Both the position numbers and the translations under genes were made by a program. The notes under the pieces are model-generated. The model was not told the DNA's origin, searched no databases, and saw nothing but the letters and a program-made list of their open reading frames with translations. From Chrysomallon squamiferum (lineage: Eukaryota > Animalia > Mollusca), in the NCBI GenBank assembly GCA_012295275.1, contig CM022679.1, positions 6,634,001 to 6,698,000 on the forward strand: a stretch of DNA of 64,000 nucleotides. Direction: 5' to 3'. Shown piece by piece: positions 1 to 14,100 of the stretch (the first letter of the stretch is position 1; each line of letters starts with the position of its first letter).

Positions 1-561
1 TGTCATTAGTTGCTCCACATTAGTGATTTTAAACTATTCTTAACAGTTAGTGTTTTAGCAGTTATAGCTGAATTTAAAGTACATAAAACGAAAACGATGC
101 ATAAATATCATTGTCAGCATAAACTTCGTTCACAGATTTTTCTTTATAAAATATTTGTTTTATTACATTTCATGCATGGAAATCCTTCTTATATATATAT
201 CAAACAAAATAATTAAGAAACATATAATGACTCTAACTTCGTAAAACAAATCTCTTCAAATATTCTGCTAAAAAAATGAAGAATGAATATATCCAGTTAT
301 ACATGAGGTGATCTTTGTGTTTATGACAAAGGGTATTTTTATTTTAAAAAAATGTTAATAAACAATAACCCACAGAAAAATTAATAATAGTAATAATAAT
401 AATAAAAGTTAAAATATTTTTATTTTGTAATTATATATCGAATTTTCATATGATCTTTTTCTTATAGGTATGTTTAAGCACTGCGAATAATTTTTACATT
501 TATAACAGTATGAGAAAAAAAAAAAAACAACAACAACAAAAAACAACTTTTCTGTTTCCCA

Positions 562-997
562 TTATATATCGATCCTGCGGATGTACAGCCCTTTGCTATC
601 TTTTCCAGCTTTCTCGCTCTCATCTTGAACTTTAACAGGGTCAATATTGTCATTAGTGACATTCATAAACCCAACGTAAGGAAGACCAAACTTGTACTGA
701 TTAATATCAGCTTGTGTGTTGTCTTCTAATTCATTGCCCATATCCATAACAGCGTTCTTGTTTTCATAGGACTTATCCAGCTGCGAAGTGGCTTTGAGAT
801 ATATGGAATTGCTCTTTCTGCTCGCGCTGCCATCATTGCTGCGTTTGACGCTTTGTTTCTTAAACTCTGAAGACGTTTCCTGTGGCTCTACTAGCTCTAC
901 TACTGTGGCAGGCTGAGTGACTACATACTTGCCGTCCATGTAAAAGTATGGGTTGTATGTACCTTCGGATAACTCGTCCATGTTCTTGATTCTACCA
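562..997 (-). CDS. Gene A terminal exon: cytoplasmic tail
   Basis: Acceptor tttccag, phase 2. GRIKNMDELSEGTYNPYFYMDGKY...GLYIRRIDI*; GC-richer than its flanks. Confidence 0.8.
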
Positions 998-2014
998 CTG
1001 GAAATCGTGACAAATTTTTATGTACATATCTGTGTATATGTGTTTGTACCTGTATTACTGTGCAAACGTTAATTAGATAAACATTTTAATTTTATAGGTT
1101 TTTTTCCACTGCTTTAGCAATTGTAATTCAACACTTATTTGATTAACAATATCTAGTTTGGGCTGTTTAGAAATATAAATGAATAACAGTCTTTGTAACA
1201 CAGTTTATATAGTTCAACAGCATTATCTTTTGCAAATAGTTTATAATATTGCCTAAACGTGTATAAAACCGAGTCATTCACATTTATTATTATAATGCTA
1301 TATTACTGAATAATATTAACATATGCGATAATACACATTCTATATGCTTTGATATAATTATGTAAATATATTACACTTATGTTATTTATATGAAGTATAT
1401 TATAACAATATTTATAAAGTTAACAATAACATGTTAATAAAGGCATGAGGATGTATCTAGAAATTCACTCTTATCTATGTGGTACATTACCTTTTGTCTT
1501 TAGGGGAAGATCTGCAAGATAAACAGGTTCCATTAGTTCGTTTTTAAATCTAATCAGGTATCTGATCTAAACTTTTTGCAGATGCCATTGTAAAATGATA
1601 TATCAGAGAATGTCATCAGTCTAGCTTTATGTTCATGATAAAGTAATTTTCATTCAAATCATATACCTCAGATAATATGATATCCTTCAGTTATATAAGC
1701 TACTTAAATTTTATTTGGAGAATCAAATATTTTTGTCTTTATGGTCAAGTCTACATTATATATGTATTAGATATGTTATTGTCATAAAAAATAACTTGTT
1801 CACTCAGTCAACATTACAGTCTTTTTACCTAAAAAAAATACTTCAAAATATATTCTACAAATCTGAGATAAATATCTTAAATGTTGTTTTTTTACAATTC
1901 TTTTACCCAAATGTTGAAAATGTTAATATTAATGGCCAATATTATTATAAAATGATAAAGGTCATAAAGAAATGCATAGAATACCAAAGAATAAACCACC
2001 TACACTTATTCACA

Positions 2015-2105
<91 letters not shown>

Positions 2106-5100
2106 AACAGACTGACCTAATTAACTGACTGTACAAATCAGTGCATTTATACACGTGCTGCATGGTTATTTCTACAGACTAAATTAGCAGATATGTGCAA
2201 GTGTTGATACACTAATATCTGAATTTAACTTTTCTGTATTTTTCAGGAATAATCTGACAAATAATAGGTATAATTAAAATGAAATATTAATGAATATGTA
2301 CTTTGAAAATATTTTTGAATGTCAAAGTAATCTTCAGAATATGCATTCCATTACAAATACATGTGTTGCATGATCAATTATATGTTTAATTTTTAAATAT
2401 TTTAGTTTTAATCAAAATTAATATATAAATAATATGAATGTATTAGTTTCTCGCATTTTCTATATTAACAGCTGTTTGATAGAGCAGTCTTAAAAATACA
2501 GTTATGAATAAAAGAAATTGTAAATATCAGCTTGTGTTTTTTTATTAAGTGTCCGATTCAAAAAAGGCCAATTAATTCTATATTTTTTATAAATGAATTT
2601 TACAAGTTATAAAGGTATATTATTGAAATTTTATTTGGTTGAAACAAATAAAAAGCAGAGAAATACTAACGTCCAAGCTGGTTCATGAAAATATCAAATG
2701 TGCAGTTATTAGTGTCTTAATAAAGACAAAAGTGCAGCTAATGTACCACATACATTCAGAGTGGGATTAATAGTTTCTATGTATCTACAGAGCTATATGT
2801 TAGTGTACTGATTTCTAAATACAGTGTTTTTGTAAGATATTCAAAATTAAACTATACATTATAAAAAAGTATTGATTAAATAAACCCAAGAATAATGTGC
2901 ACTAAAAAGCTCAAATTCTAAATACTGAATATAAAATCTACAAAACAAAAGTGTAATAAAACCCAAATCTTGTCATAAAAATGTACCTCTAACGGTATTA
3001 AGAAATAGCCTTAATACATTTGATATTTCTAAATTATTGTTTTGTTTAACCGTTAGCATATAATATAAAGCTCTTGAAGTTGGATGGAGCTTGACATTTT
3101 TTCTTTATTCTTATTATGTTTTACAGAGAAATGAAGAAATGTCCCAGATAAACTGTGGATAGTGCATGTAACCAGTGAATATATCAGTCTATCTGGGACT
3201 TTTCCACATGTCTCACTGTGAAATAACATTATAATCTGGGGTTTTTTGTTGTTGCTGTTGTTGGTGTTATTTTATTATCATCAGTTACTGATTGGTTGCT
3301 AGAAAACAATTTTTAAAAAGTTTGTAAGAAGCAAAATATATTTAGGTTATTCTTATATTTTATTGAAATAGTATAATAAGTATAAGCAGTGTTATATTTC
3401 AGAAAGAACATTTATTAGAAATTAACATTACATACATGCATACCTACATATATATTACACAAACATACACAGACACACACACCCAGCTTCTCAAATATAT
3501 CCATTAATCCACTGTATCATGCATACACAAATACACATGCATATAACACACAAGTGTGTATAAATAAATAGCCACGTATTCTCAGACAGAGAAATACACA
3601 TGCATGCATACATATTTACTTACCGACAACAGAAACAAGCAAGAACAATGAGTAGTAGAAAAAGGAAGAATGCCAGAGATCCACCAACAGCTCCACCTAT
3701 CACTGCAGACAGATTATCTGCTCTCTCTGGGTAAAACAAATAGAATTTATCACACACTAAGTTACCATATTTACAAGAATTCTCCATTTTTATTTATTTG
3801 CTGTTTTCCTTTGTTTACAAATATATATAAATGAATGGATATTTGCTGGAAGCAACATTGAAACATTTTATTATTTACTGATGAAATTAGAAAGAAACTT
3901 GTCACTGTCACTCTTATCTATAAGAAGTAATGGGTGTTTAATATGAGCTTTCCCTCAGACAGAAAAGAATCACCCTTGATACACCATTTATAGCTCAATT
4001 AGCAATTATTATAATTACTATTATTATTTCTTTTTATACACAGTTCATAACATTCCAACATTTTACAAACATAAAATTATATGTATTTGTAAATTATGAA
4101 TCAGATTTAATAGTGGTAATATTTTTTTGGAAAGTATAAAACATAAAACATGAACACAGGTCTACAACAGTTATGATGGCGAAGAATGTGTAAGGTACTT
4201 ATACTGTATTTTCATCACTAACTGAAAATCCAGTGAACATACCTGCATAATTCTCACAGTGATCACCACTGAAGCGTGTCTGACAAGTGCAGGTCATCCC
4301 ATCTTCAGGTCTGCTTTCATTCCACAAACAAGTGCCACCATTTTGACAGAAATCAGGGGACATTTCACAGGGAGCTACAGATAAAATTTAATGTAATCCT
4401 ACATCAACATAGCTTTATTTGAATGTAAATAATGTAGATGTTGTGTGTACATTTATTAAAACATTAGTTAAACAATGCTTACAAGAATAATAACTGATAA
4501 GATTACATTTGTATATATATATATAAAAAAAAAAAAAAATAAAACTATTATTATTATTTTAAGAAAACAAAGTGTATCTGGTGTCAGAAATGAGGTCTAG
4601 AATACCATGGAATCATGTTTAATAAAATAATTAAAAAATAACAGTGTTCTTATTTAGGATAGAAAGAAAAGAAGAATAAATAATTAAATGAGTCTTTAGA
4701 ATAAATAAAAATAAAATATACAAACAAATGCTACATATTCTAATAGTAAATATTTTAATAAAATATTTTCTTACAAACAAATGCTAAAATTTTGGAGTAA
4801 TACTGCAATATTTTGCATTTTTCCAGTAAACGTAATTAAAACTCAGTGTACTAGAATACAATAATGTATTATATGAAATTTTAAAAATTGTTTGTCAGTT
4901 GTTAGAAATAATTCCTGACATGAAATATGTCATCTGTTTATCTGCAGTATGCAGTAAACATAAAAAAGCTGAACAATTGTACTTACATAAACAGTGCTTT
5001 AACAATGATGCACCTGTTCCATTTGTTCGTCTGTTATTAGGACAGTTTTTACAAAATGTTTTTCCTGATTCATCCTGGTACTGATCAACAGGACATTCTT

Positions 5101-8100
5101 GACACTGCTGTTGCAGTTGCATTGTTCCAGCAGGGCATCTCACTATGGAAACAAATTGATGTAGTCATACAGCACAAATGTGTCTAACAAAATTTCAGTC
5201 ATTTGTCAGATATACATTTTATTAAATAATACATTGAAATATATTAATGAAATTTCACTAATTCATCAGATATAATTTTTATTAATATCAGATAAACATT
5301 TTACTAACTGATATAAAATAAAAGTTTGAATAATAGGTATAATTTTTACTAATATCAGATTTCAGGTTTACTAACTGATTTAAAATGCAAATATAATTAT
5401 TTCTAGCTGATGTCAGATATATTATTTAATTCAGTCAGTCAGTTGTAAATGTTTATTTTATTTATGTTAAATACAAGTTTTACTGAAATACAACATTTTC
5501 TAAAATTTATAAATAATTAAAACAAATTGATATTACATATAACGTCTGTGTGATTTTTTTTATAACAAAATTTAATTCATCTTAATTCCTATATACTTAT
5601 AAAAATTTAAAATAGATTCTTCCTTTCTAAGTTCAGACTTACATTTGCACTGAACTACTGAAGTTGCACCCGTGAATTGTGTGTACTTATACTGAGGACA
5701 TGGCTTGCATGAACTTGATTCAGTTTTATCCTGATAGTAATTAAGAGGACACTTCACACAGATTCCTGATTCTTCTTTGTATCCAGCTGGGCAGTGAGCT
5801 GCAGAAGACATAAAAATTATTGGTATTACAATTTTATAAGCCAGTAGTTTCAGTAATGCAAATTAATAGGTTTTTTTTCTTTCCCATTGTACTTGGAGGT
5901 TATATCACAGTGTATCCACCTACATTTTAAATCTACTCACGAAACTAATATTTAGAAATGGTTTTATTTATTTTTTTGTTGTAATAATAAACAGTTTAAA
6001 ATGTAATCTTTAATAATTATACTATTACTAATCAATTACTGCTTCTAACACTATGACATATTCTATTATTATCATAATTAGGATGAACTACCATTTGTAC
6101 CAGTATTTCTACAAATATTATACTACTACTATTGTATCTAAAAATAATAATAATAATAATAATGAAATTTTAATTATTTAATTTATAAGTAATGTCCTAA
6201 CTACATTTCTAAGATTCAGTGATGAACATTTTCCATGATATTAATTATGACCACTGTGTTATTAAATAAATGGAGTTTCATGCACTCACCAATACACTGA
6301 TCTCGTGAAATAGCACCAGAGATGGATGTGGCTGTGAACTGAGGACATTCCTTACATAACGTGGAATTTGGCTCATCCTGATACTGTCCAGCAGGACATT
6401 TTACACATGTTGCTTTCTGTTCCTTTGTTCCAGTGGGACAGTATACTGTAGAAGAAAACATTACAGTTAGTACATAGTATCATTTCTAAAATAAATAAAT
6501 ATTGTGAAGATTTCTTTAACATTTAATTTTAAAAACATAAATATGCTAATGTATGTACATTATAAGACACAGGTCATAGTTTATTATGGTGTTGTTTTGA
6601 GTATGAAAATTATGTTATCATGGACAAGATATTTAAGAGACATATCTAAAGGCTACAGTTATGTGAAATCAGTGAAATTAAATAAAAACAGATGAATTGT
6701 CTGTAATCAGTTAATAAACTTACAGTAACAATCCATGAGAGATTTGGATCCAACATTTTTTGTTGTTCGAAATTCTGGACAAGCCTTACAAACAGTAGTA
6801 CCAATCTCATCTTGAAACTGGCCTCGAGGACATTTGACACATTCCCCACGCTCTCCCTTTGTGCCAGCCAAACATTTTGCTGTAGTAATAAAATGAAGTA
6901 AAAGACACTGTGAATCATAAAGAAAAACATTGACATTATCACTGAAATAATTATTTAAAAAACCCCAAAACCTACAAGTGCTGACCAGGACAAAAGAAAG
7001 ATGTTATTACTCAGCCCATGTCAGACTACTTGAATGATGCATCTTCAACTAAAGATAGACCAGCCCAAACTGTTTTTATAGAAAACCTGCGTTGAGATGC
7101 TGTGTTGAATAGTAAAGAGATCAAAAGGCACAGAGAAAAAGATTGGTTCCTATAGCCTAGATTTAACTATTAAAAAACTTACGAAAACATTCATTCAGTG
7201 ATGTTGAACCAGTGGTGTTGGTAGTAGTGTACTCAGGACAAGTCTTACAAACTGTTGATCGTATTTCATCCTGGTACTGACCTACAGGACACAGTTCACA
7301 AGAATTTCCTTCATGTTTCATTCCTTTTGGACAGTTCCCTGATTTTATAATCAAATTAATAATAACTTAATTAAATGAAAATATTAATGAACAGCAGCAG
7401 CAACAACAACAGTAACAATAAGAAGAAAGCAACAACAAGTAGATCTACATCAATAATAATATTAAATAAATAAAGAAACAATATTCTGAAAGTTGTCAGT
7501 GATAAACAAAACCTATAACATATATATATATATATTTTACAGGTGAAATGATGATTAACTCACAGAAACACCCAGCTAGCGAAGGAGTTCCTTCAGCAAG
7601 AGTTGTTCTAAATGTAGGACACTGTTTACACTGTGTGGAGTTCATCTCATCTTGATACTGACCTACAGCACACTTCTCACACCTTCCAGACACTATCCTA
7701 GTACCCAGTGGACATTGTACTGGTTAAATAGACAGTAAACATTCTCAACATAAAAAAAAAAAAAAACACAAACAAGCAAATAAATAAATAAATAAACAAA
7801 ATAAATACTTCTTACAACTACCAGACACTGGCTTTTAACCCGATGGACACTGTACTGGTTAAAACAGACAAAATACATACATAGTTTATAAACTTTCTGT
7901 TTACTTTATAGATACAGCTACAAGGGCAAAACTTCATGCAGAAATAATTTAGTAGTTTGAGATGATTAACAGTTTATCAATTAAATGTTATGACAACTGA
8001 TGTTGCATATGTATTATTCAAAATAATGTTCACATTGTTATCAGTTAAACTGAATATCAAAATATATATATATATATGTCTATATAAAATGATTTAAATG

Positions 8101-11100
8101 AAACTACACTGTGCTACATTGTTCAGTATGAATGTAAACTTACAAATACATTGACTCTGTGATGTGCTGCCAGTTTGTTTTGTCACTTTGTTAGGCCCAC
8201 ATGATTTACACAAAGTTTTACCAGTTTCATCCTGGTACCAGCCTCTTGGACATTCTGTACAAGTTCCTGATTCTTGTTTTCTACCAACAGGGCAATGCAC
8301 TACAATTAAAAAGTGATCATTTCTGAGATAATTTCAAAATAATTCCTTTGATTTAAACTATTAAATTATTTAATATTGTATATGCATCCGTAACCCAAGA
8401 AGAAAGTATTAATAATGATAATGATTATGATTATGATGTTGATGATGATGATGATGATGATAACAATAGTTATAATAGCAATCAGAAATATTTATTTACA
8501 TCATTAATTATCCATTTGCTATAGTTTAAGGGTATTTTGCAGATATGCCTATCAAAAAAATGAAATGAAAATAAAAGGTAATATCATGTTTCTATCAGTA
8601 AAACACAGATTAAAAGATGTTACACATGGTAGAGTGTAAGGGCAATTGATTTTTATTTTAAACTATAAACTTACAGAAACACTGAGTAGAAGAAGTTGCT
8701 CCTTGTGAACTTGTGGTGTAATACTGTGGACAGCTTTTACATGTTTTTGCACCTACACCATCTTGATATTGACCAACTGGACACTGCTGGCATGTTCCAG
8801 AAACTGCTTTATACCCAGTAGGACATTGTACTGTAACATAATTATTTTATCCAGCTTATGATTTATTCAGATAAATGTAATTTCCTTCTCTTCATACATA
8901 TACTTAATAAAATAATACATAATACATTTTTGAATACTGTTATCTAAATTCTTAAAAGAGCTGGTTTCTGAAGTCCCTACTGAAGAATTACCTTTGAAAT
9001 GATCAAACAATAACTGAGGTGAGGGAGAATTTTACTGCATATTTGTTTTTATGACATAACCTATATAGTTCCTCAGTGAACAATAAAAAAATAAAAGTGA
9101 ATGATACATGCTACATTCTGTTGTTACATGACAATGTAAAAACAGTTAGAAAAAAATACCCATAATGTTAAATAAAATAAAATATTGATTCATGTTGAAA
9201 ATAGGTAGCAAAATAATTATTGTTTTGATTGGGGTGATTCTTAAAACAACTTATTTTAATTATAAATTCTTAACTTACAGAAGCACTGAGTAGAAGATGT
9301 TGCTCCTTGTGAATTTGTAGTGTAATACTGTGGACAGCTTTTACATGTATTAGCACCTATACCATCTTGATACTGACCAACTGGACACTGCTGACATGTT
9401 CCAGAAACTGCTTTATACCCAACTGGACATTGTACTACAAGAGAAACATTTACACATATTATTAAATAATTTATTATTTCATGATTAAGGCTTGAAAATT
9501 AGTATTCATTTGTAATAACATGTCATTCTAATACCTGTTTTAAATTATAAAGACACATGTTAAAATAAAAGTACAATAAAATGATAAATGTTTTGCTAAA
9601 CTGTCAAAAAGAATGGCTTGTTGTTTTGCAGAACTCATAGTACCACTAAAACTATTTTTGGGGGGTTTCATTTGTCTCTCAGATAAAAAAAAAAAAAAAT
9701 AATAATAAGTACAATAATGGTTATTGTGATGATGATGATGATGATGTTGATGAGAATTATTAAGAAAATATGTAAAAAAGTACTAATTCATCATAAACAA
9801 CACTGATGAGTGTAAACTATTTTGGAATTACCATGAAAATAATACATTCTTTGTTAATACTCTCAACTTACAGATACACTGAGTAGAAGATGTTGCTCCT
9901 TGTGAATTTGTAGTGTAATACTGTGGACAGCTTTTACATGTATTTGCACCTACACCATCTTGATACTGACCAACTGGACACTGCTGACATGTTCCAGAAA
10001 CTGCTTTATACCCAATGGGGCATTGTACTGTAATATTATAAAAATAATTACTGTCTATCTATCTATCTATCTGTATATATAATTTGTGTGTGTGTGTGAT
10101 GTTAAAATTTTAAAATAATAATGTATATGAGATTCTAGTATTTTAACAAAGATGCAGATATCCCACTGATTAGTAGAAAGATATTTTTTTATATATAACA
10201 GTACAAAATGAAAATAAAAGAAAGTTATAATTTTTTATTTTAAAGCAGGAAACTTACAGAAACACTGAATAGAAGATGTTGCTCCTTGTGAACTAGTAGT
10301 GTAATACTGTGGACAGCTTTTACATGTATTTGCACCTACACCATCCTGATACTGACCAACTGGACACTGCTGACATGTTCCAGAAACTTCTCTATAACCA
10401 GCAGGGCATCTTACTGCAGCAATCATAGAAATATTTGGAAATATTATTAAAATGTCTCTGTGTTGCACAATTTCTTCATGGAAATCATTATAAACATGTA
10501 AAAAATATGATAGTTAATCAAATAGCAATTGCAAATAAATAAATACAAATTACAACATGCTTATTGAAAAGTATTGGTTTGTGAAGAAAAATTTAAATGA
10601 ATTATTTATGCTAAATTTGCTCTAAGACAGGACTGTAATAACAATGAAAAAATTCTTATGGTGTTAAAAAAAATATCAAATGAAGATAACTTTTACTGTA
10701 TTTAAGCTAACAGAACATAGATAATAACATGTTGCTTTTCACTGATTGTTAATGCAACCATTTTTAGCTGATCTATCAACTTACAGAAACACTGAGCAGA
10801 AGATGTTGCTCCTTGTGAACTAGTAATGTAATACTGTGGACAGCTTTTACATGTATTTGCACCTACACCATCTTGATACTGACCAACTGGACACTGCTGA
10901 CATGTTCCAGAAACTTGTTTGTACCCAGCAGGACATTGCACTATAAAAATAATATAAATAAATAAATGATAAGTACACATCTTCTCCTTTCGTTATTTAT
11001 TCTTATTCATATTTTGTATAGAATGATTTTTTAATGAAACACTCAGTTTGGTTAATGTGATATCATATATATGATCAAGGACAATCCTGGTAAAATATAT

Positions 11101-14100
11101 ATATATATATAATATAATAGAATTTTAAAAATAATTCTACTAAATACATAAAAGGTTAAGATTTATTGTTTTCTTAATAATAACTACATTTCCTATGGAA
11201 TTCTGTCTATCTCAAGTATTTTAACAACAACAACAGAAATTGTAATAAAAAGTAACATAATGAAGCAGATGATGGTCATACAAAGCTAAACAAAAGATTC
11301 TGTTAAATATGATATTATCATGCTAGAATGCAAATATGATATGAAAAATCAATTTAAACACAAATACTAATTGATGTTTGTAAGTTTCATCATACAAAAA
11401 TAATCTAGAATATTCTATGACTGACAGCCACAGCAACTAATTTTAGTTTTAAACTATCAACTTACAGAAGCACTGAGTAGAAGATGTTGCTCCTTGTGAA
11501 CTTGTGGTGTAATACTGTGGACAGCTTTTACATGTTTTTGCACCAACACCATCTTGATATTGACCAGCTGGACACTGCTGACATGTTCCAGAAACTGCTT
11601 TATACCCAATGGGACACTGTACTGTAACATAATTATTTATAAACATTATGTATGTATCTTATTCTTATGAAGACTAAAGACTTCTTATGGTATGTTTTTC
11701 TTCAGGTAGTATTATTTTCCAAATACAGATATTAAACAAGCATTATTAGGTTATTCAACTAAAAGGTTAGGAACTGGTCTTGTGTTTTGTTATTTAGAAT
11801 TTTTTTATTTTAACAAATAACTCTTCCTGCCCCTCATATAATTTATAAATAATATAAAACATTGACTTTATTTTAATATAACAGTTTTATATGGATCATT
11901 ATAGATTTTAGCAGCACAATTTGTATATTGAATGGTCCTTTTCTAAACTAATAGCTTCACACATTAATAAAAGTTACTCTATAAAGATTTAGAAAGCGTT
12001 AAGAATGTGGTTTAAAATGTTTTCACGAATTAAATAATTCCACTCACTCCTCTATTTAAAAAGTTAGGACATTAAGGTGGGGTACCAGGATTCTGCGATG
12101 GAAGTGTTTTATAAAGTCTAAATGCACATATCTCATTTAACACTGATGCATTGTTTTTCCTTAATAAAACATGAAAACATTATTGCACTGGGAGGGAGGA
12201 CTGTGTCATAGTGTTGAATGAGGATAGTGGAGACATTCTTTTTGACTAGGCTGTTTAGATGGTAGTAATTAGGTGTTTAGAATGAAACAACAAAGTTAAA
12301 ATGAAATTGTTGATCCATATTATTATGTTTAACAGAACATGAAAGAGGTGACAGTGTCTGATACCCATAGCCTGCCAAATACGAGTTTTATACTGTCAAC
12401 TTACTGAAACACAGAGCAGATGATGTTGCGCCTTGTGAAGCTGTAGTGTAATACTGTGGACAGCTTTTACATGTTTTTGCACCTACAACATCCTGATACT
12501 GACCAACTGGACACTGCTGGCATGTTGCAGAAACTTGTTTATAACCAACAGGACATTTCACTGTAACATAATCATTTAAAATATACATATATTTTATTAT
12601 TGCATAACTATTTGATGAAGAATTTTATGAATTGATTATATAGCATAATTTGATAATGTACCTTTCTATTCTAAATATAGGTGCTAAAATAAAAGTTTCA
12701 AAATTTTTTAAAGTTATATTTATGAATATTTAAGAATAGTGGGTTTATTATTTTAAAACTGATAGATTAGGGGAGACAGACACTGGTTTCATCTCATTAT
12801 ATCTGAAACACAGCACTGACAACAAATAACCATTAATAAATAACTTTGAGATTTTAAAACTCTTTTGAAATAATGAAAATAATAAATTACAGGATAATAA
12901 TGAAGATTGTAATGATAATAATTCAGATAAATAATTTGGTATTCAGAAATTTGTATATGTGTGAACTGTTTCTGTTATCAATTACTTTGTAATTGTCAAT
13001 TAGACTCTCAACTTACAGATACACTGAGTAGAAGTTGTTGCTCCTTGTGAATTTGTGGTGTAATACTGTGGACAGCTTTTACATGCATTTGCACCTACAC
13101 CATCTTGATACTGACCAACTGGACACTGCTGACATGTTCCAGAAACTGCTTTATACCCAATGGGGCATTGTACTGTAATATTATAAAAATAATTATCTAT
13201 CTATCTAAATATAATGTGTGTGTGTGATGTTAAAATTTTAAAATAAAATGTATATAATAATTCTAGTATTTTAACAAAAATGCAGATATTAATGATTAGT
13301 AGAAAATATTTTTTTTTATATAAGAATACAAAATGAAAATAAAAAAGTTATAATTTTTTATTCTAAAACTTACAGAAACACTGAGTAGAAGATGTTGCTC
13401 CTTGTGAACTAGTAGTGTAATAAATTTGCACCTACACCATCCTGATCCTGTTTGGACACTGCTGTTGTTTTATAACCAGCAGGGCATCTTACTGCAGCAA
13501 TCTGGAAACATTTGGAAATATTATTAAAATGTGTGCATTGAGTTCATTTTTATAAACATGTAAAAAAATATGATAGTTAATCAAATAGCAATTGCAAAAA
13601 TTCTTATGGTGTTAAACAAAATATCAGGTTTCCAACTGTTGCTTCATACCAGCTGGACATTGTACTGCATTACAAATTAATAATAGAATAAGGCATTCAA
13701 TGTGGATAATGATAAAATACTAGACATTTTAGATAATTTATTATTATAGCAAATTATGGTATTTGCACACACACACACACAATATGAACTACAAATTTTT
13801 CTGAAATATTTAAAATAATTTTTCAATCTTTCAAATGAAGATGTTTTTAAGTTTTTGTTAAACAATACCAAACAAATATGGAATATAATCTGTTTTATGT
13901 CATAAAACTTCATAAATAAGATCAGAAAATGCAACAGCATACAGAACAGTATCCCTCTATCGTTCTTTCTCTAGAAAAAAAAAACAAATTAGAAAAATGT
14001 TCTCTATCAATTTACTACCTTATGATTTAGAGTATTAAAATTATCTTAGACATCTAATCTAGAAAATTTGTGTTTAAATCTTTCTTTTAAATAAATGTGG

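Noticed and set aside
562-981. 139-aa ORF as a standalone gene
   Set aside because: The frame extends upstream to an acceptor at 998 in the phase needed to join the TM exon, so it is better read as gene A's last exon.
1715-2128. 137-aa ORF and similar ORFs with SLSLSL, CVCVCV, YYYY or IIII runs throughout the window
   Set aside because: Translations of microsatellites and AT-rich intron or intergenic sequence.
8675-13172. Near-identical repeats with unique spacers, superficially CRISPR-like
   Set aside because: The repeats are 156-nt coding exons with GT-AG borders in eukaryotic DNA; there are no cas genes.
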